From positions 93,496,001 to 93,560,000 of the forward strand of contig OX597814.1 of the NCBI GenBank assembly GCA_951406725.2: DNA of 64,000 nucleotides, given 5' to 3'. Under the pieces are notes generated by a model. The model worked only from the letters and a program-made list of their open reading frames with translations. It was not told the origin of the DNA and ran no database searches. Each line of letters begins with the position of its first letter. The stretch's first letter is position 1. Positions 27,476 to 41,519 of the stretch are shown here, one piece after another. The position numbers and the translations under genes were made by a program. This stretch comes from Octopus vulgaris (Eukaryota).

Positions 27476-28610
27476 GTGTGTGTGTGTGTATGTGTGTATG
27501 TGTGTATGTTTGTGTGTCTGTGTCCTCCCAACATCGCTTGACAACTGATGCAGGTGTGTTTACGTCACCGTAACGTAGCGGTTCGGTAAAAGAGACCGAT
27601 AGAATAAGTACTAAGCTTACAAAGAATAAGTCCTGGGGTCGATTTGCTCGACTAAAGGCGGTGCTAAAAGAGTAAAAAGAGTAAAGAGTATTCATTCTAT
27701 ATTTCTCATCCTATACTTCTCATTCATCCTATAAGTCACCTCTATTTATATTTCTTATTCGCTTACATTCCTCATTCATTCTATATTTCTCATTCATCCT
27801 CATTCCTTCTATATTTATCATTCATCCATTATTTCTCATTCATTCTGTACTTCTCAGTCATCATTCTGCATTTCTCATTCATCCAGTATTTTTCATTCAT
27901 TCTTTACTTCTCAGTCATCATTCTGCATTTCTCATTCATCCAGTATTTTTCATTCATTCTTTACTTCTCAGTCATCATTCTGCATTTCTCATTCATCCAG
28001 TATTTTTCATTCATTCTGTACTTCTCAGTCATCATTCTGCATTCTCATTCATCCAGTATTTTTCATTCATTCTTTACTTCTCAGTCATCATTCTGCATTT
28101 CTCATTCATCCAGTATTTTTCATTCATTCTGTACTTCTCAGTCATCATTCTATATTTCTCATTCATCCTATGTTCCTCAGTCATCCTATATTTCTCACTC
28201 ATCCTCATTCATTCTATATTTATCATTCATCCATTATTTCTCATTCACTCTGTACTTCTCAGTCATCATTCTGCATTACTCATTCATCCAGTATTTTTCA
28301 TTCATTCTGTACTTCTCAGTCATAATTCTGCATTTCTCATTCATCCAATATTTCTCATTCATTCTTTACTTCTCAGTCATCATTCTGCATTTCTCATTCA
28401 TCCAGTATTTTTCATTCATTCTGTACTTCTCAGTCATCATTCTATATTTCTCACTCATCCTCATTCATTCTATATTTATCATTCATCCAATATTTCTCAT
28501 TCATTCTGTACTTCTCAGTTATCATTCTGCATTTCTCATTCATCCTATGTTCCTCGGTCAGCCTATATTTCATTCCGTATTTCTTATTTACTCTATCCAT
28601 CATTCCTAAT
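27040..28610. repeat. CATT-rich minisatellite (about 18-bp subunit, 57-bp higher-order unit), interrupted by a SINE
   Basis: cattctgtacttctcagtcatcattctgcatttctcattcatccagtatttttcatt repeats with 57-bp period from 27841. More diverged 18-bp units lie at both edges. Confidence 0.9.
27219..27690 (+). mobile_element. tRNA-derived SINE, family B, near full length
   Basis: tggatgtgtggtaagtagc...gggttcagtccc head, accttggtcaagtg core, internal (TA)n(TG)n, (aaaagagt)n tail. Confidence 0.88.
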
Positions 28611-29620
28611 CTTCATACGGGCACCCATCTCGGTTGTTGAACTCATGAGTTGACAACCCATTTAGAAGTTTATTAGTTTCTTCTCCTCCTGGATTCCGTG
28701 TCTTTGAATAGATATGAGTGGATCATTTAAACAGCAGCAACAACAAAACACCAGCAAATATAACTACAACAGTAATAACAATGATATCAATAAGGAGTAT
28801 GTCGACGGCGATGAAAACGGCGACAAGGAAGTTGATGATGACGCCGACATTGACAGGGGCAACAGCAATAAGAAAACAGCAGCCATGACAACGATGACGA
28901 CGAAGACAAAACGATAACAGCGACGATAGCATTGTCAGCAGTGAATATGACAACGATGATAAGATCTGATCATATGATACCATTCTTCAGCTCTTTATTT
29001 TGTTAAGTTATAACAGCCACTACCATGCTGGAGTATCGCCGTCAGATTTGAATGTCCTATGTATTTTGCGTATATCCAAGGTCGAATGCATGTATTAGAT
29101 TCCCCGGTTTTTTCTTTCTTATTCAAGAGAGAAGACTACCATAATACCCGTGATCCATTATAGGCCCTCCAAGATTGGCAGGAAGAAGAACATGAAACCT
29201 GGCCCGAATGTTTGCAAAAAAGTGAGCTCCGCTAAAGTCATCCAATGTGGCGTTTACGGAGATCATTTTCTTGTAAAACTCTGACCTTTAAAGACGAGAT
29301 TTTACAAGAAAAGGAAGTGGGTAAATATTCAGAATTGTATTGAGGGATATGTTTGTATAGACGTGATAGTCACGGTTACAATGTCTTAAATCATTGGTCT
29401 GCTCAACCAGAGTTTAGCTAGCACTAAACAACAACGTATGCAACAAGAGCAACGATAATGATATCGGAAACAAGAGAACTGCAGCTAAAAATAACAATGT
29501 ATAAATAACCAATTCAGTCTTTATGAATTCAATTACTCCTTTAACTACTAGGGATTTCTGTTTCCCTGCGTGTTCACTCGACCTACTAGGAATCTCAATT
29601 AGATCATACTATATTATCTT

Positions 29621-29815
29621 AACCCTTTAGCATTTAAACCAGCCGTAACAGGCCCATTTAAATCAGTCGTAACATGGCGAGATCCAGCTTCTCACACCTA
29701 ACCTACAATATCATCCTAGACATAAACAAACATACTATCCTCAAAGCTGCAAGATAATGCATGATTAATTCAAAATGATGTGAATAAATAAACGTTTCAT
29801 TTGACAGAGTAATGG
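29621..29815 (+). mobile_element. piggyBac-like MITE remnant
   Basis: TTAA followed by CCCTTTAGCATT terminus. Opposite end not recognisable. Confidence 0.35.
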
Positions 29816-30737
29816 AAGCGATTTGAATGCATCAAATTTTAGGTTTATCCAAGCAGGGCACACTTAGGTGAAACAACTACAACAACGCTATTTGTCGCGC
29901 CTGCAGCTTGAAGTAGCAGCCAGATGTCCCTTAAACCACAGCTATACTATCTTTAAAAAAATTGTTCATTAGACAGAATAGTGCTCGATATGCAGAAAAA
30001 AGGTTTGTCACAGCTACAATGCTTTTGGTCATAGGTTTGTTGGATCTTGACAAATCTGGGACTAGCAATATAATCCTACAAGCTACCTTTCTTATTTTGT
30101 CCAGACAAACTCAGACACACACAAGATGGCACAAGATGGCAGAAGAGGGGAAAATATTGTGTAGAAAGAAATAGTGTACGTGTGGTTGTGGAAATGGTAG
30201 CAGGAGGAATAATGATGGAAAGGAAGTATGTGAGGATAAGTAGTTTCTAGCAAAGAAGAGTGAACGTGTGGATAGCTAATGTTAGACGTTAATGTGCCGA
30301 AGAAAATAAGCATAGGAGAGCTTTGTAATATGTACATATTTAGATATGTATTTGCTAGAGCGGAGAATTTCTCCATGTAAATGTATGTGTGTGTGTGTGT
30401 GTAAAGTGAGACGTTCAATGTGTGCGCGGTGTGAGATTGCGCGTGTATATGTAAGAGTGGAAAGTGTGAAGAAAAGAATAGCTTGAGGTATTGATATTAG
30501 TTGAAAAGTTAATGACTTAATACTGCAATTGCGTGTTTGATAATGACATATAAGTCTGGTGTACTACTGACATAAAAATAAGGGACAGCATGTTGATGAA
30601 GGTGTTAATGATGTAATGGGAAAGAACGAGTTAGTGTTCTGTGTAATTAAGACATCTTCATTATGTATGATTAAGGGTCAGATGGGCTAGAAAAGGGACG
30701 GTATGAAGTGCATGTATAGATATATATCAGGGCATGA

Positions 30738-30777
<40 letters not shown>

Positions 30778-31038
30778 AAAATTAGAATAATGTCATCTTC
30801 AAGTGTTGTCTGTTCATGACGGAATTAGAATCGGGGAAACGTAGTTCTGTGTATAATCGTTTGAAACCATTGAAACTCTCTGCCCAGTCACATTATTCCT
30901 GCAGAAGTTGATTTACAGATTTCTTAACTGAACATCAACCAAATTAATACTGCTAGTCTTGGATAGCCTGTGAAGTCCACGAAGACATAAAAATAACACA
31001 TATTCTTGTTCAGCCATCCATCAATCCATACATATATA

Positions 31039-31200
31039 AGGTGGTAGATCAGTGGTATCGTTGGAGAATCTGTCAGAAAGCTTTTGCGGGTATTCGTTTC
31101 AACCCTCAAAACATTCAGTTCAAATCCCGCCGCGGTCAACTTTGCCTTTCATCATTTCGGGTTTGATAAAGTACTGGAGACGATTTTGCTGTCTCTCCCC
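31039..31200 (+). mobile_element. SINE family A (decayed)
   Basis: agttcaaatcccgccgcggtcaactttgcctttcatcatttcgggtttgataaa. Confidence 0.65.
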
Positions 31201-31424
31201 TCTCTCTTTTTCTCTCGAATATACATATGCACACACACACACACGCGCACGCGAGCGCGCACACATACGTAGAAGCACTTTCTCTCTGGGAAAAAATGAC
31301 TGTTCAAAATTAGAGATTGACTCCACTAATTATAAAAGACGACCAAGATTCGCTTTATGTTATGCCACAACCATATAACTCCATCAGAAAGGAAGTCTCT
31401 TGCCATCCACTGTCTATCTATCTG

Positions 31425-31526
<102 letters not shown>

Positions 31527-31669
31527 CATCTATCTATCTATCTACTTTTATACACACATATATACATATGTATATAATACAATTTACTGAACCTTCAGAA
31601 TTTTAATATACTAGGTGTTAAATTGATGTTAATTAAATTAATATCCAATTTCTCACCTTCAGTTTAAAT

Positions 31670-31728
<59 letters not shown>

Positions 31729-31729
31729 C

Positions 31730-31841
<112 letters not shown>

Positions 31842-32269
31842 TCTGTCAGCTAGCCATCTATTTGCTTATCCATCTATCTTCCAGACCCAGTAAGAGAGCT
31901 TTTACGTCGGTGATCAATACACTAGAAATAAAACTTCCTCAACTCGCAGCCTATAGTGTTGGGGAAAAGAAAGCTCTTTGGATGATGTAATCCTAAACGC
32001 ACCAATAAAACAGCCTGGAATTGTTTAGATTAATTTGTCGCATGAGATCGGGCTCAGAGTTAGATGTACCACAACTATAAACACACTGTCACGAGTATGC
32101 AATATACCCTTCTTTAGGGCCCAATATTTAACTACATCCTATCCAGAAAAAGATTTATTTCGCAATCGATTTTAGCAATGGACACCGGAGACAGACATGA
32201 GTATCATGAATCCTTACGATTTAAAAAAAAATTAGCTTCATCTTTCTAATTCTCCCTCACCCCTTTTCT

Positions 32270-32313
<44 letters not shown>

Positions 32314-32437
32314 GATCTTTCTTTCTCCGTGTCACTTCTAATTACCTCTCTCTCTCTCTCTCTGTGTTCCAGTCTCTATATATCTTTTCTGTTTGTCTGT
32401 CTCTCGCTCTCTTTCTCTGTCTCTCACTACCCTCTCT

Positions 32438-32502
<65 letters not shown>

Positions 32503-33150
32503 ACATATTCTCTCTCGTTTCTTTCTCTATTTCTCACTTTTCTTTCTCAGTTACTCTGTCTTTCACCACTTCTTTCTGTTTCGTTCTTTGTGTTGCAATC
32601 TCACCCATTTGTTGGCAATCCTCTATATCGTCTCTCTCTCTCTCTCCCCCCCTCTCTCTCTTTCTCTCCCCCTCTCTCTCTTTCTCTCACACTATTCCTC
32701 TCCCTCCCCTCTCTCTTACAGACACACATACACAGAATCTGTAGCTTTGTACTTCTGTCTCTCCGTTTCTCTCTGCGCGCGCGTGTGTATGTCTGCCTAA
32801 TTTGTCCGTCCTTTTTGTTTCTCTCTCAACTGTTCTCCCTTTCTGTCTGTCTCTCTCTCTGTCTCTCAGCATATCTATTTATCTCTATCACCATCTCCAC
32901 ACATATATATATCCACCCTTCTCTCTTTGTATTCATCTTTCACTCACGCTCACACTATTCGTCTTTGATTCCAACACCACCCTCCGTTTCTTCTCTTGCT
33001 GTTTCGCTCTTCTATTTCTCTCAATATCCATTATACTCTCTTTTATTCTTCCTTTCTCTCCTCCCTCTGCTATTCCACATTTTTCATCTTGTATTTTGCA
33101 TATCAATTACATTCTGTCCATGGCCTCTGCCCTCGATGTAATATGAAATC

Positions 33151-33520
33151 AAGGCGGCGTGCTGGCAGAAACGTTATCACGCCGGGCGAAATGCTTAGCT
33201 GTATTTCGTCTGCCGCTACGTTCTGAGTTCAAATTCCGCCGAGGTCGACTTTGCTTTCATCCTTTCGGTGTCGATTAAATAAGTACTAGTTACGCACTGG
33301 GGTCGATATAATCGACTTAATCGGTTTGTCTCTCCTTGTTTCTCCTCTCTGTGGGTAGTAACGAAATAGGTATTTTGTCTGTCGCTACGTTCTGAGTTCA
33401 AATTCCGCCGAGGTCGACTTTACCTTTCATCTTTTCGGGGTCGAAAAATTAAGTATCAGTTGCGTACTGGAGTCGACTAATCCCAAATTTCGGGCCTTGT
33501 GCCTTGAGTAGAAAAGGATA
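33151..33520 (+). mobile_element. SINE family A with tandem body duplication
   Basis: Full monomer 33151-33368, then a repeat of gtattt..tacgttctgagttcaaattccgccgagg.. at 33370-33520. Confidence 0.85.
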
Positions 33521-33787
33521 TAGTATGAAATCGATGTGTACGTCTGCAGCGATATCATGCTATCGATGGAGGGTTCAAACCACGCATCTATGACTTGCAG
33601 GGTGATGCCTACCCCATCACACAACTGTAAAATACTTTTCAGTATCTGACTCTCTGTCTTTTTTACTCGGTATATCGTTTCTGCCTGTCTGTCTGTCAAT
33701 CTCTTACACACTCTTGTTTCTCTGTTACACTCTCTCGCTTGTTATCTCTATTCTCCTCTGTATGTTCTCCTCTTTCTTTCTCTCTTT

Positions 33788-33822
<35 letters not shown>

Positions 33823-34728
33823 TACACACTCACACTGTCTTTGTCGCATCATTTCGTCGTCTCTTTGTCTTTCTCCCTCTATCTATCCACCCTTCTTCTT
33901 TTGCTCAACTGCTTTCTCTTTCTTTCTTCCTTTCTTTTATTTCCATTCTCCCATTCATTCTCCATCCTTTCATTTTATTTCCTTCTTTCTTTATTCCATC
34001 CCCCTCGACACCTTATGAAATTTCCTTTCTTCTGTATTTTTCATTAACTCAATTCTTTTAATAAGTCATTCTTGAATTTATTCATCGATTCTGTCATTCT
34101 ATCAATCGTATTTTTCTTTCTTCCTCCCTTTCCCTCTTCCTCTCTTTTCTTCCTTCTTTATTAAATTCAACTCTACACCATATTTTGAAATCTCTTTTCT
34201 TCCAATATTCATTCATTCGTTCATTCTTCTATTCGTTCATTCGTTCGTTCTTTTATCACGTTCCCCTTTACACTATATTCTGAAATGCGCTACTCTTACA
34301 TAGCCATTACTACACAAACAACATACCTCCTACCTCTGTCATTTTGAATATTCAACACCCATTCCCATATTATCTTTTATATAAATGTATTCCTCCTACG
34401 CATTCGTGTTCAACATTTTCTTTGTTTAATCCTTTATCATGCTGGTTATGGCACACCAGCCCTTATTATGCAGTATTATTAAAAGCCAACAAGAGGGCTT
34501 GTATGTAATAGCTTCGGCTACTAGAGATGTAATAGCCGAATCTCTTACAGTTATTAATAAGAAAAAGAGACATTTTGATGATGCAGTCTTAGATAGACAT
34601 ATAAAAAAGGTCGATGTGGTCATGGCTAATACGCCTTTGATCATGAATGTGCGCAATCAAGGCTGAACTGGTACTAAACGACAATATTACTATTGTTTTA
34701 TCTATTATTAATATTATATGTCAATAAT

Positions 34729-35131
34729 AATCCTTTCTAATATAGGCACAAGGCCTGAAATTTGAAGAGAAGGCGGATAGTCGATTTACATTAACTCCAG
34801 TACTTAACTGGTACTTATTTTATCGACACCGAATGGGTGAAAGGCAAAGCTGAACTCGGCGGAAGTTGAACTCAGACCGTAAGGACGGACTAAATACCTA
34901 TTTCTTTATTACCCACAAGGGGCTAAACATAGAGGGGACAATCAAGGACAGACATAGGTATTAAGTCGATTACATCGACCCCAGTGCATAACTGCTACTT
35001 AATTTATCGACCCCGAAAGGATGAAAGGCAAAGTCGTCCTCGGCGGAATTTGAACTCAGAACGTAGCAGCAGACGAAATACCACTAAGCATTTCGCCCGG
35101 CGTGCTAACGTTTCTGCCAGCTCGCCACCGC
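34729..35131 (-). mobile_element. SINE family A with tandem body duplication
   Basis: Two copies of gaaaggcaaag..ctcggcggaa.ttgaactcaga, one head at 35080-35131. Confidence 0.85.
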
Positions 35132-35177
35132 TAACCAATTTGTCCAACCTGCTAACGAATCTTCCAGACTAATAATG

Positions 35178-35227
<50 letters not shown>

Positions 35228-35231
<4 letters not shown>

Positions 35232-35444
35232 GTTTCAAATTTTCCCACAAGGGCAGCCATTTTAAGGGGGGAGATGAGTCGATGATATCGATCCCAGTGT
35301 TTCACTGGTACTTATTTTGTCGAACCTGAAAGGATAAAAAGCAAAGTCGACCTCGGCGGAATTTGAACCCAGAACGTAAAGACGGCCGAAATACCGGCAA
35401 GCATTTCGCCCGGCTTGCGAACGATTCTGCCAGCAAACTGGCTT
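35228..35444 (-). mobile_element. SINE family A
   Basis: Reverse complement of the 15431 family, with (AAT)n tail. Confidence 0.8.
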
Positions 35445-36231
35445 AATGATGATGATGATGATGATAATAATAATGATTTCTTTATTTGCCACCAGGGCGA
35501 AGGATGAGGGGAATAATACAGACATAAAGTGTAGGTGTTTACACATATATATATATGTATATATACATATATATAGACACACACACACATACATACATAC
35601 ATACATACATACATACATACATACATACATACATACATACATACTGAGTAGTACTATCTTCTATAAGCTGCAGATGCGTATGTAAATCCTTGTAGTTTTG
35701 GCTTATCATTTTTTACTTGCATCTTCTACATATTTTACAATATTTTTACATATTTTCGTTTCATTATCGTCCAGAAACCTAATACGACAAACACCCATTC
35801 TTTTTCGATGAAGGCCTCATCAACTCCCCCTCACAAAAACGGAATATATGGATGGACAATTAGGTACCACTACCAAACCATCAGACATGTGCGCAACTAA
35901 CGACATTTGTCTGTATAATCAGCGATTTAATTTTGCCGAGTAGGTGCAACGAAAAGAAAGTTGAGGTGCTCGGAGTTGAACCTGGCTAGATTTCTGGGTC
36001 CGCTTGATTTTGCTTTCATCTTCCCACTACTTGTGTAGATAGCATTGCTTGTTTGGCTTCCTACTGTTTCTTTTTTTAATTTTTAATTGATATTTACTCA
36101 CGAGCATAATTTGTCTTTTATAGTTCAAAAAATATTTTTCTCATAAATATAGGTAATATTTATCTCTTGCGTGCTGTTCTCATCGTTTATATGGTGTTTG
36201 TTGTGTATAAGGATGAATATATATGTATATA

Positions 36232-36314
<83 letters not shown>

Positions 36315-36317
36315 AAG

Positions 36318-36373
<56 letters not shown>

Positions 36374-37016
36374 AACATATACACACACACATATATATAT
36401 AGACATGCATATAAATATATATATATATGAATATATACATACATAAAAGAATTTGTAGATATAGTGTCGAAGCTTGACTTTAGATGTAATATCTAAATCA
36501 AATTAAACAAGTAAAGAAAAAACAAACAAAGCAACAACCAAAAATCAAACAAACAAAAACAAAATGAAAAATATATACTTATATGAAGAATTTCAAATAT
36601 ACTCAGAATTCTAAATATATACACCTACACTATTTTATCTATTACGTATTATCTATATCTTTTCTATAATGACAGTATCCTGAGTTATTTTGCTTCTTAT
36701 TTTTTAAAAGTGACAAACAGTTTTACATATATATATATATATATGCGCGCGTGTGTGTTGGGGTGTCTCTGTTTTTGTATGTGTGAGTGTGCGCGTGGCA
36801 GTGTGTAATAATATATATATATATATGCGTAAATATTGAACAATGAAAATGAGTGCTCAACACCGCATTAATACATAAAGTGTGTGTGTGTGTGTGTCTA
36901 TATATATGTGTGTGTGTACGTGTGTGTGTGTGTGTGTGAGTGTGTGTGTGCGTGATATGAAGTTCAACAAGTAGTATAGCAGTCTGTCAGTTAAAAGAAT
37001 TAGGATGTTTTATACA

Positions 37017-38312
37017 CGAGGGGTTTTTATTAAAGATTTCCTCCGACCTACTTCCCAAAGACTGGGATAAGCGAAACTTGGCACAATTATTAGTCCCTCT
37101 TTGCATAGCCACCACCAATAGTGACATATTTCTCCCATCGCTTTATGCAGCTGTGAAGACCTCGTCTGTAGAAGTAGGCAGGCTGCATCTGGACTCAATA
37201 CTTTACCTCGGAATTAAATTCATTATCATCCGAAAAGTGCTTCCCCTTCAAAAATGACTTCAGGTTTGGAAAGAGGTAGAAGTCAGACGGTGAGAGGTCG
37301 GGAGAATAAGGGGAATGAGGAAGGATTTCATAGCTACAAGGGTGTGCTTTCATCTGGGCAACATGCGCATTGTGAACTGGGGCGTTGTCTTGGAGGAGGT
37401 TGACTCCTTTGGCGAGGTTGCCACGCCTCTCTACTTTGATGGCGTCCCACAATTTCTGTAACAGAGAGGCATAATATACCCCGTTAATTGAGGTGCCCTT
37501 TGCCAGAAAATCCATCATCACTACTCCGCACTGGTCTCAGAAGACTGTGAGCGTCACCTTGCCTACTTGAGGTCTGGAGACGAGAATTCTTTGGAGGTGG
37601 TGAGTTATCATACTTCCATTGCTTCGACCGGACTTTAGTCTCAGTCTCATTGTGATGGAACCATGTGTTATCGTGTGCGATAAGTCTGCATAAAAAGTCC
37701 TCCTCCTTTTCTCGGCACATTGCCAAAAGAGCCTGGGAGCAATTGACTCATTCCTGCTTCTGAAAAGGCGTGAGTCCCCGAGGAATCCCTCCTGCAGATA
37801 ACATCCGAATGTGCAAATATTCGTGAATGATTTTTCCCATGGATCCTACACTTATCTTCACTTCTTGGGATGCTTGCCGAATAGTTATGCGGTGATCTTT
37901 CAAAATAGCGGCTTCCACTTTATAGATGGAGTCGTCATCAATGGCAGATTGTGGCCGTCCAGGAATAGGAGTAGTTTCCACCGATGTCCGAACATATTTG
38001 AACTGGCGATGCCAGCGCTAAGACTACATCGCATGATGGTGCATCATCCCCATCAGCTTCTTTCATCTCATCGAAAGTCTCTTTTGGTGTACGGCCTTTC
38101 AAGTATAGGAACGTGATCACTGACCTTTATTCAACTGCCTCAATTACAACATCTTAGTCCACTTTAGCAGCCGTTAACGACAATCGAATACTAGTGGAAA
38201 ATTGTAATTTACAATGTGACATGTAGAGACATGTATAATTATACCAATACAAGTTCTGTTTCCTGCAATAACCGGAAGTGGGTCAGGAGAAATCCTTAAG
38301 GAACACCTCTCA
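37017..38312 (-). mobile_element. Full-length inactive mariner transposon (DD34D-type)
   Basis: About 39-bp imperfect TIRs (37017-37055 / 38274-38312), TA at the right end. Frameshifted transposase: FLYLKGRTPKETFDEM, GRP, LIAHDNTWFHH, LLQDNAPVH, HSPYSPDLSPSDFYLFPNLK. Confidence 0.93.
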
Positions 38313-38329
38313 TATGAATGTGTGTGTGC

Positions 38330-38372
<43 letters not shown>

Positions 38373-38387
38373 CGTGTGTGTATATTG

Positions 38388-38660
38388 TTGTATTTCGGGA
38401 TGGTCACTTTTCTTTTTGCCAAATACACACACGTACTATATATTTTTCTTCACTCGTTTATTACTGTTCTAATTTTATTATTTGAACTCATGTCCATTGT
38501 CCTGAAAACTTTCGTCACACATCTGTGACCTCTTCAGCGATAGTTTTCGTTTTCGTGTGTGTTCTTGCTCCACTTACTCCGAGTGAAGAAAAATATATAG
38601 TGCGTGTGTTTATTTGACAAAATAAAGAAGAAAGAAAAAATTACCATCCCGAAAATACAA
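38388..38660 (-). mobile_element. Fold-back PLE-like element with central HHR-like motif
   Basis: Arms 38388-38456 / 38580-38660. Minus-strand CUGAAGA-G-GUCACA-gaug-UGUGAC-GAAA-GUUU-UC at 38537-38504. Stem I does not pair. Confidence 0.6.
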
Positions 38661-39832
38661 TATCTGTTTCAACACACGATTTTACACAAGGAATTTTGCA
38701 AAACGAATTAATAAACGCATGCGTGTGTGTGTGTGTGTGTGTGTGTGTATCCTCTTTTAGTCTTTCATTCGTTTCAGTTATTCGACTGCAATCACGCAGA
38801 AGTACTGTGCCTTGTAGAGTTAGTCGAAAAATTCGCGTTCGCTATTCATTTATTTATTAAGCCTGGTACTTATTTTATGGACTTTTTTCTTGATCAGCCA
38901 TAGTAGAAGACACTTGCCCAAGGTGTTGCATAGTGAAATTGAAGCCCAAGCCACATGGTTGGAAAGCGCACTTTTTAAACCAGCACCAGCACCGGTGCTG
39001 ACATCACCAGCGTCATCGGCATTGTCATCGTCATCATCGTTGTTTTCATCGTCGTCATCATCATCATCATCATCATCACCAACACCCAAAATCAACCATT
39101 GCAGTTTGTTGTTCAGTTTCCATCTCAGTGAATAAGCTTGCAAATTTGCTCTAAGCATTGTGTTCCAGAATCTCAGAACACTGGTGTTGGATTGAAAGCC
39201 TTTACCCTTTGCCATGTACCCTTTTCAACATCAGAATTACTATATATCCCTGGTTCATTCTCTTGCATATACTGATACACAAAATTTCCTATAACTCTCT
39301 TCTTTTACAAACTTGGAACCTTCTCACAGAAAACGACTTAAGAAGAAGCCGTAGCTTTTTACAGATATTGTGACGGCAACCTGTCTGGGAGTCCAGCATC
39401 TGCGAAAATAAAGCAACCAGTACAGGGTTTGTGAGAAATCGTTATTATTGATGTGAAAAATCGTTATTATTCCTGGGTCCATAGATTATAATTATTACGT
39501 CGAAATTTCAGTAAATCGTGTTAGATTGAATATAAAATCGATTCTGTTGAACACCTATCAATCTGTGTGCCAGCCTGTCTGTTTGCAAGAATATCTCCAT
39601 GCCTGTCTGTCTGTCTGTCTGTCGGTTTGTTTGTTTGACTAGTAATCCATTCATCTGTCCATTTAACTAGCCAATGCGTTTTTCAATATGTGTAACGTCT
39701 CTATGTGTACTATTGCGTCTGTATGCTGTAGTCCTTCTCGTTGTGGCTCGGCACCAAAGCAGATCAGATCTGGTCGATAAAAGCTGTGATCCAAAATGTT
39801 GAGCAATGATCACTTAGCATTTTTTGTCTTAA

Positions 39833-40219
39833 TCTCTATATATAAAGCTGAAGTTGTCTGTGTATGGCAGGTTTGGTAGCCTTCAACTAGCACTATCTTC
39901 TCGAGACCTTGCGGTGCAAGCTGACCAAAATTGAGAGTATGATAGAAGGTTTGCTCTTCCTTCCGTAGTAGATAAAATACAAATCGGACCATGTTAACAC
40001 CAAAAATTATTTACATCAAAAAGGTGCTTTTTTTTGTATGAAAAGCCCTATTTTTTACGATTTTTTTACTGCTGTGTCGCCATTTTTCGGTTTATATCAA
40101 CCAGAAAATTGTTCACTTAAAGAGAAAAACAGACAACATAATGCAGAATTTTTACATTTCAGAAATTCTAATTCTAAAGGGTCGAAACAAACCCGAGCAA
40201 CGCCGGGCAATACTGCTAG
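39833..40219 (+). mobile_element. Non-autonomous Helitron
   Basis: Inserted between A (39832) and T (40220). Starts TC, 3' hairpin cccg.gc/gccggg, ends CTAG. Splits a copy of the old repeat family. Confidence 0.85.
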
Positions 40220-40560
40220 TAGAGAGTAAAGTGTGACTTGAAGGAGATAGAGCTGTCATTCTTATCCAGTCAGATGATACACGTAGACATCACTGCATTA
40301 ATTCAAGCCTATATGTATGCGTGGTGTATATGCATGCGCGCGCGTATGTGTATGTGTGTTGTACGCGCGTACAACTGTGCAAGCGTGTATGGCAACAAAG
40401 ATTGAAAACATGTCGTAGAGTAACATACATGATATCCAATGTGTGCAATTTAATACGCGCTTGAGCAATATTATGTCATTGTGCTGTGCTCTGTATGTCT
40501 GTTTCTCTCCTTCTCCCTCTTCTGCATATAATACATAACAAACACACACACACACACACA

Positions 40561-40625
<65 letters not shown>

Positions 40626-40669
40626 AACATATACACATGCATACATACATACATACATACATACAGAAA

Positions 40670-40708
<39 letters not shown>

Positions 40709-40711
40709 ATA

Positions 40712-40772
<61 letters not shown>

Positions 40773-41057
40773 GTCTATCTATATATATATAAGAATAAAC
40801 TGGACATTTACTTTATGCTTTTTGTTATAACACCATAAATTACATAATTTTTTCGCGTATATATATTTATTTATTTCTATACATATGCATGTCTCTAATA
40901 ATTCAATTTCTTCGTATAAGTTTTCTACTGCAGCTCGAATCTTATTCATTCCTACGTGAAATTTAATATTATATTCAATAGAAATATTCATGTTTACCTT
41001 CTTTCTTTAATGCATACTTATGTATAGTATTTGAATATCTGATTAATGGATAAGGAT

Positions 41058-41089
<32 letters not shown>

Positions 41090-41105
41090 TGTATGTATGT
41101 ATGTA

Positions 41106-41143
<38 letters not shown>

Positions 41144-41519
41144 GATACACACACACACATATATACAATTAGCGAAAGCCTTGTACGGGAAATCAAACTC
41201 GCTCTGATTGACGGCTTTGCATTTTTATATACATACTCATTATATACAAGGATGATGAAAAATGCATACATAGTATAATCAATATATTTATTATAAAAGT
41301 GAATTCATTTTGCCTACACACGTTCCGGTTTGTTACTAAATCTATATTAATGCAATTAAATTGCATTATGAATTTGAAAAAGCAAAATCCTTCGTTAGGG
41401 CTAAAATTGACTGTTAAAAAATCTTGTATCCTCGTGTCCAGTGTCGTGGTACCGCCACGATATTGTAACGGATGGTTTAGATACACTGTACCAGTGTTGT
41501 AACAATAAACAAGATAACG

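Noticed and set aside
27692-28610. CRISPR-like array
   Set aside because: Contiguous tandem units with no unique spacers and no cas genes, in eukaryotic context.
32329-33141. Longest ORF (270 aa, hydrophobic)
   Set aside because: CT-rich low-complexity DNA that lacks stops for compositional reasons. Not a membrane protein gene.
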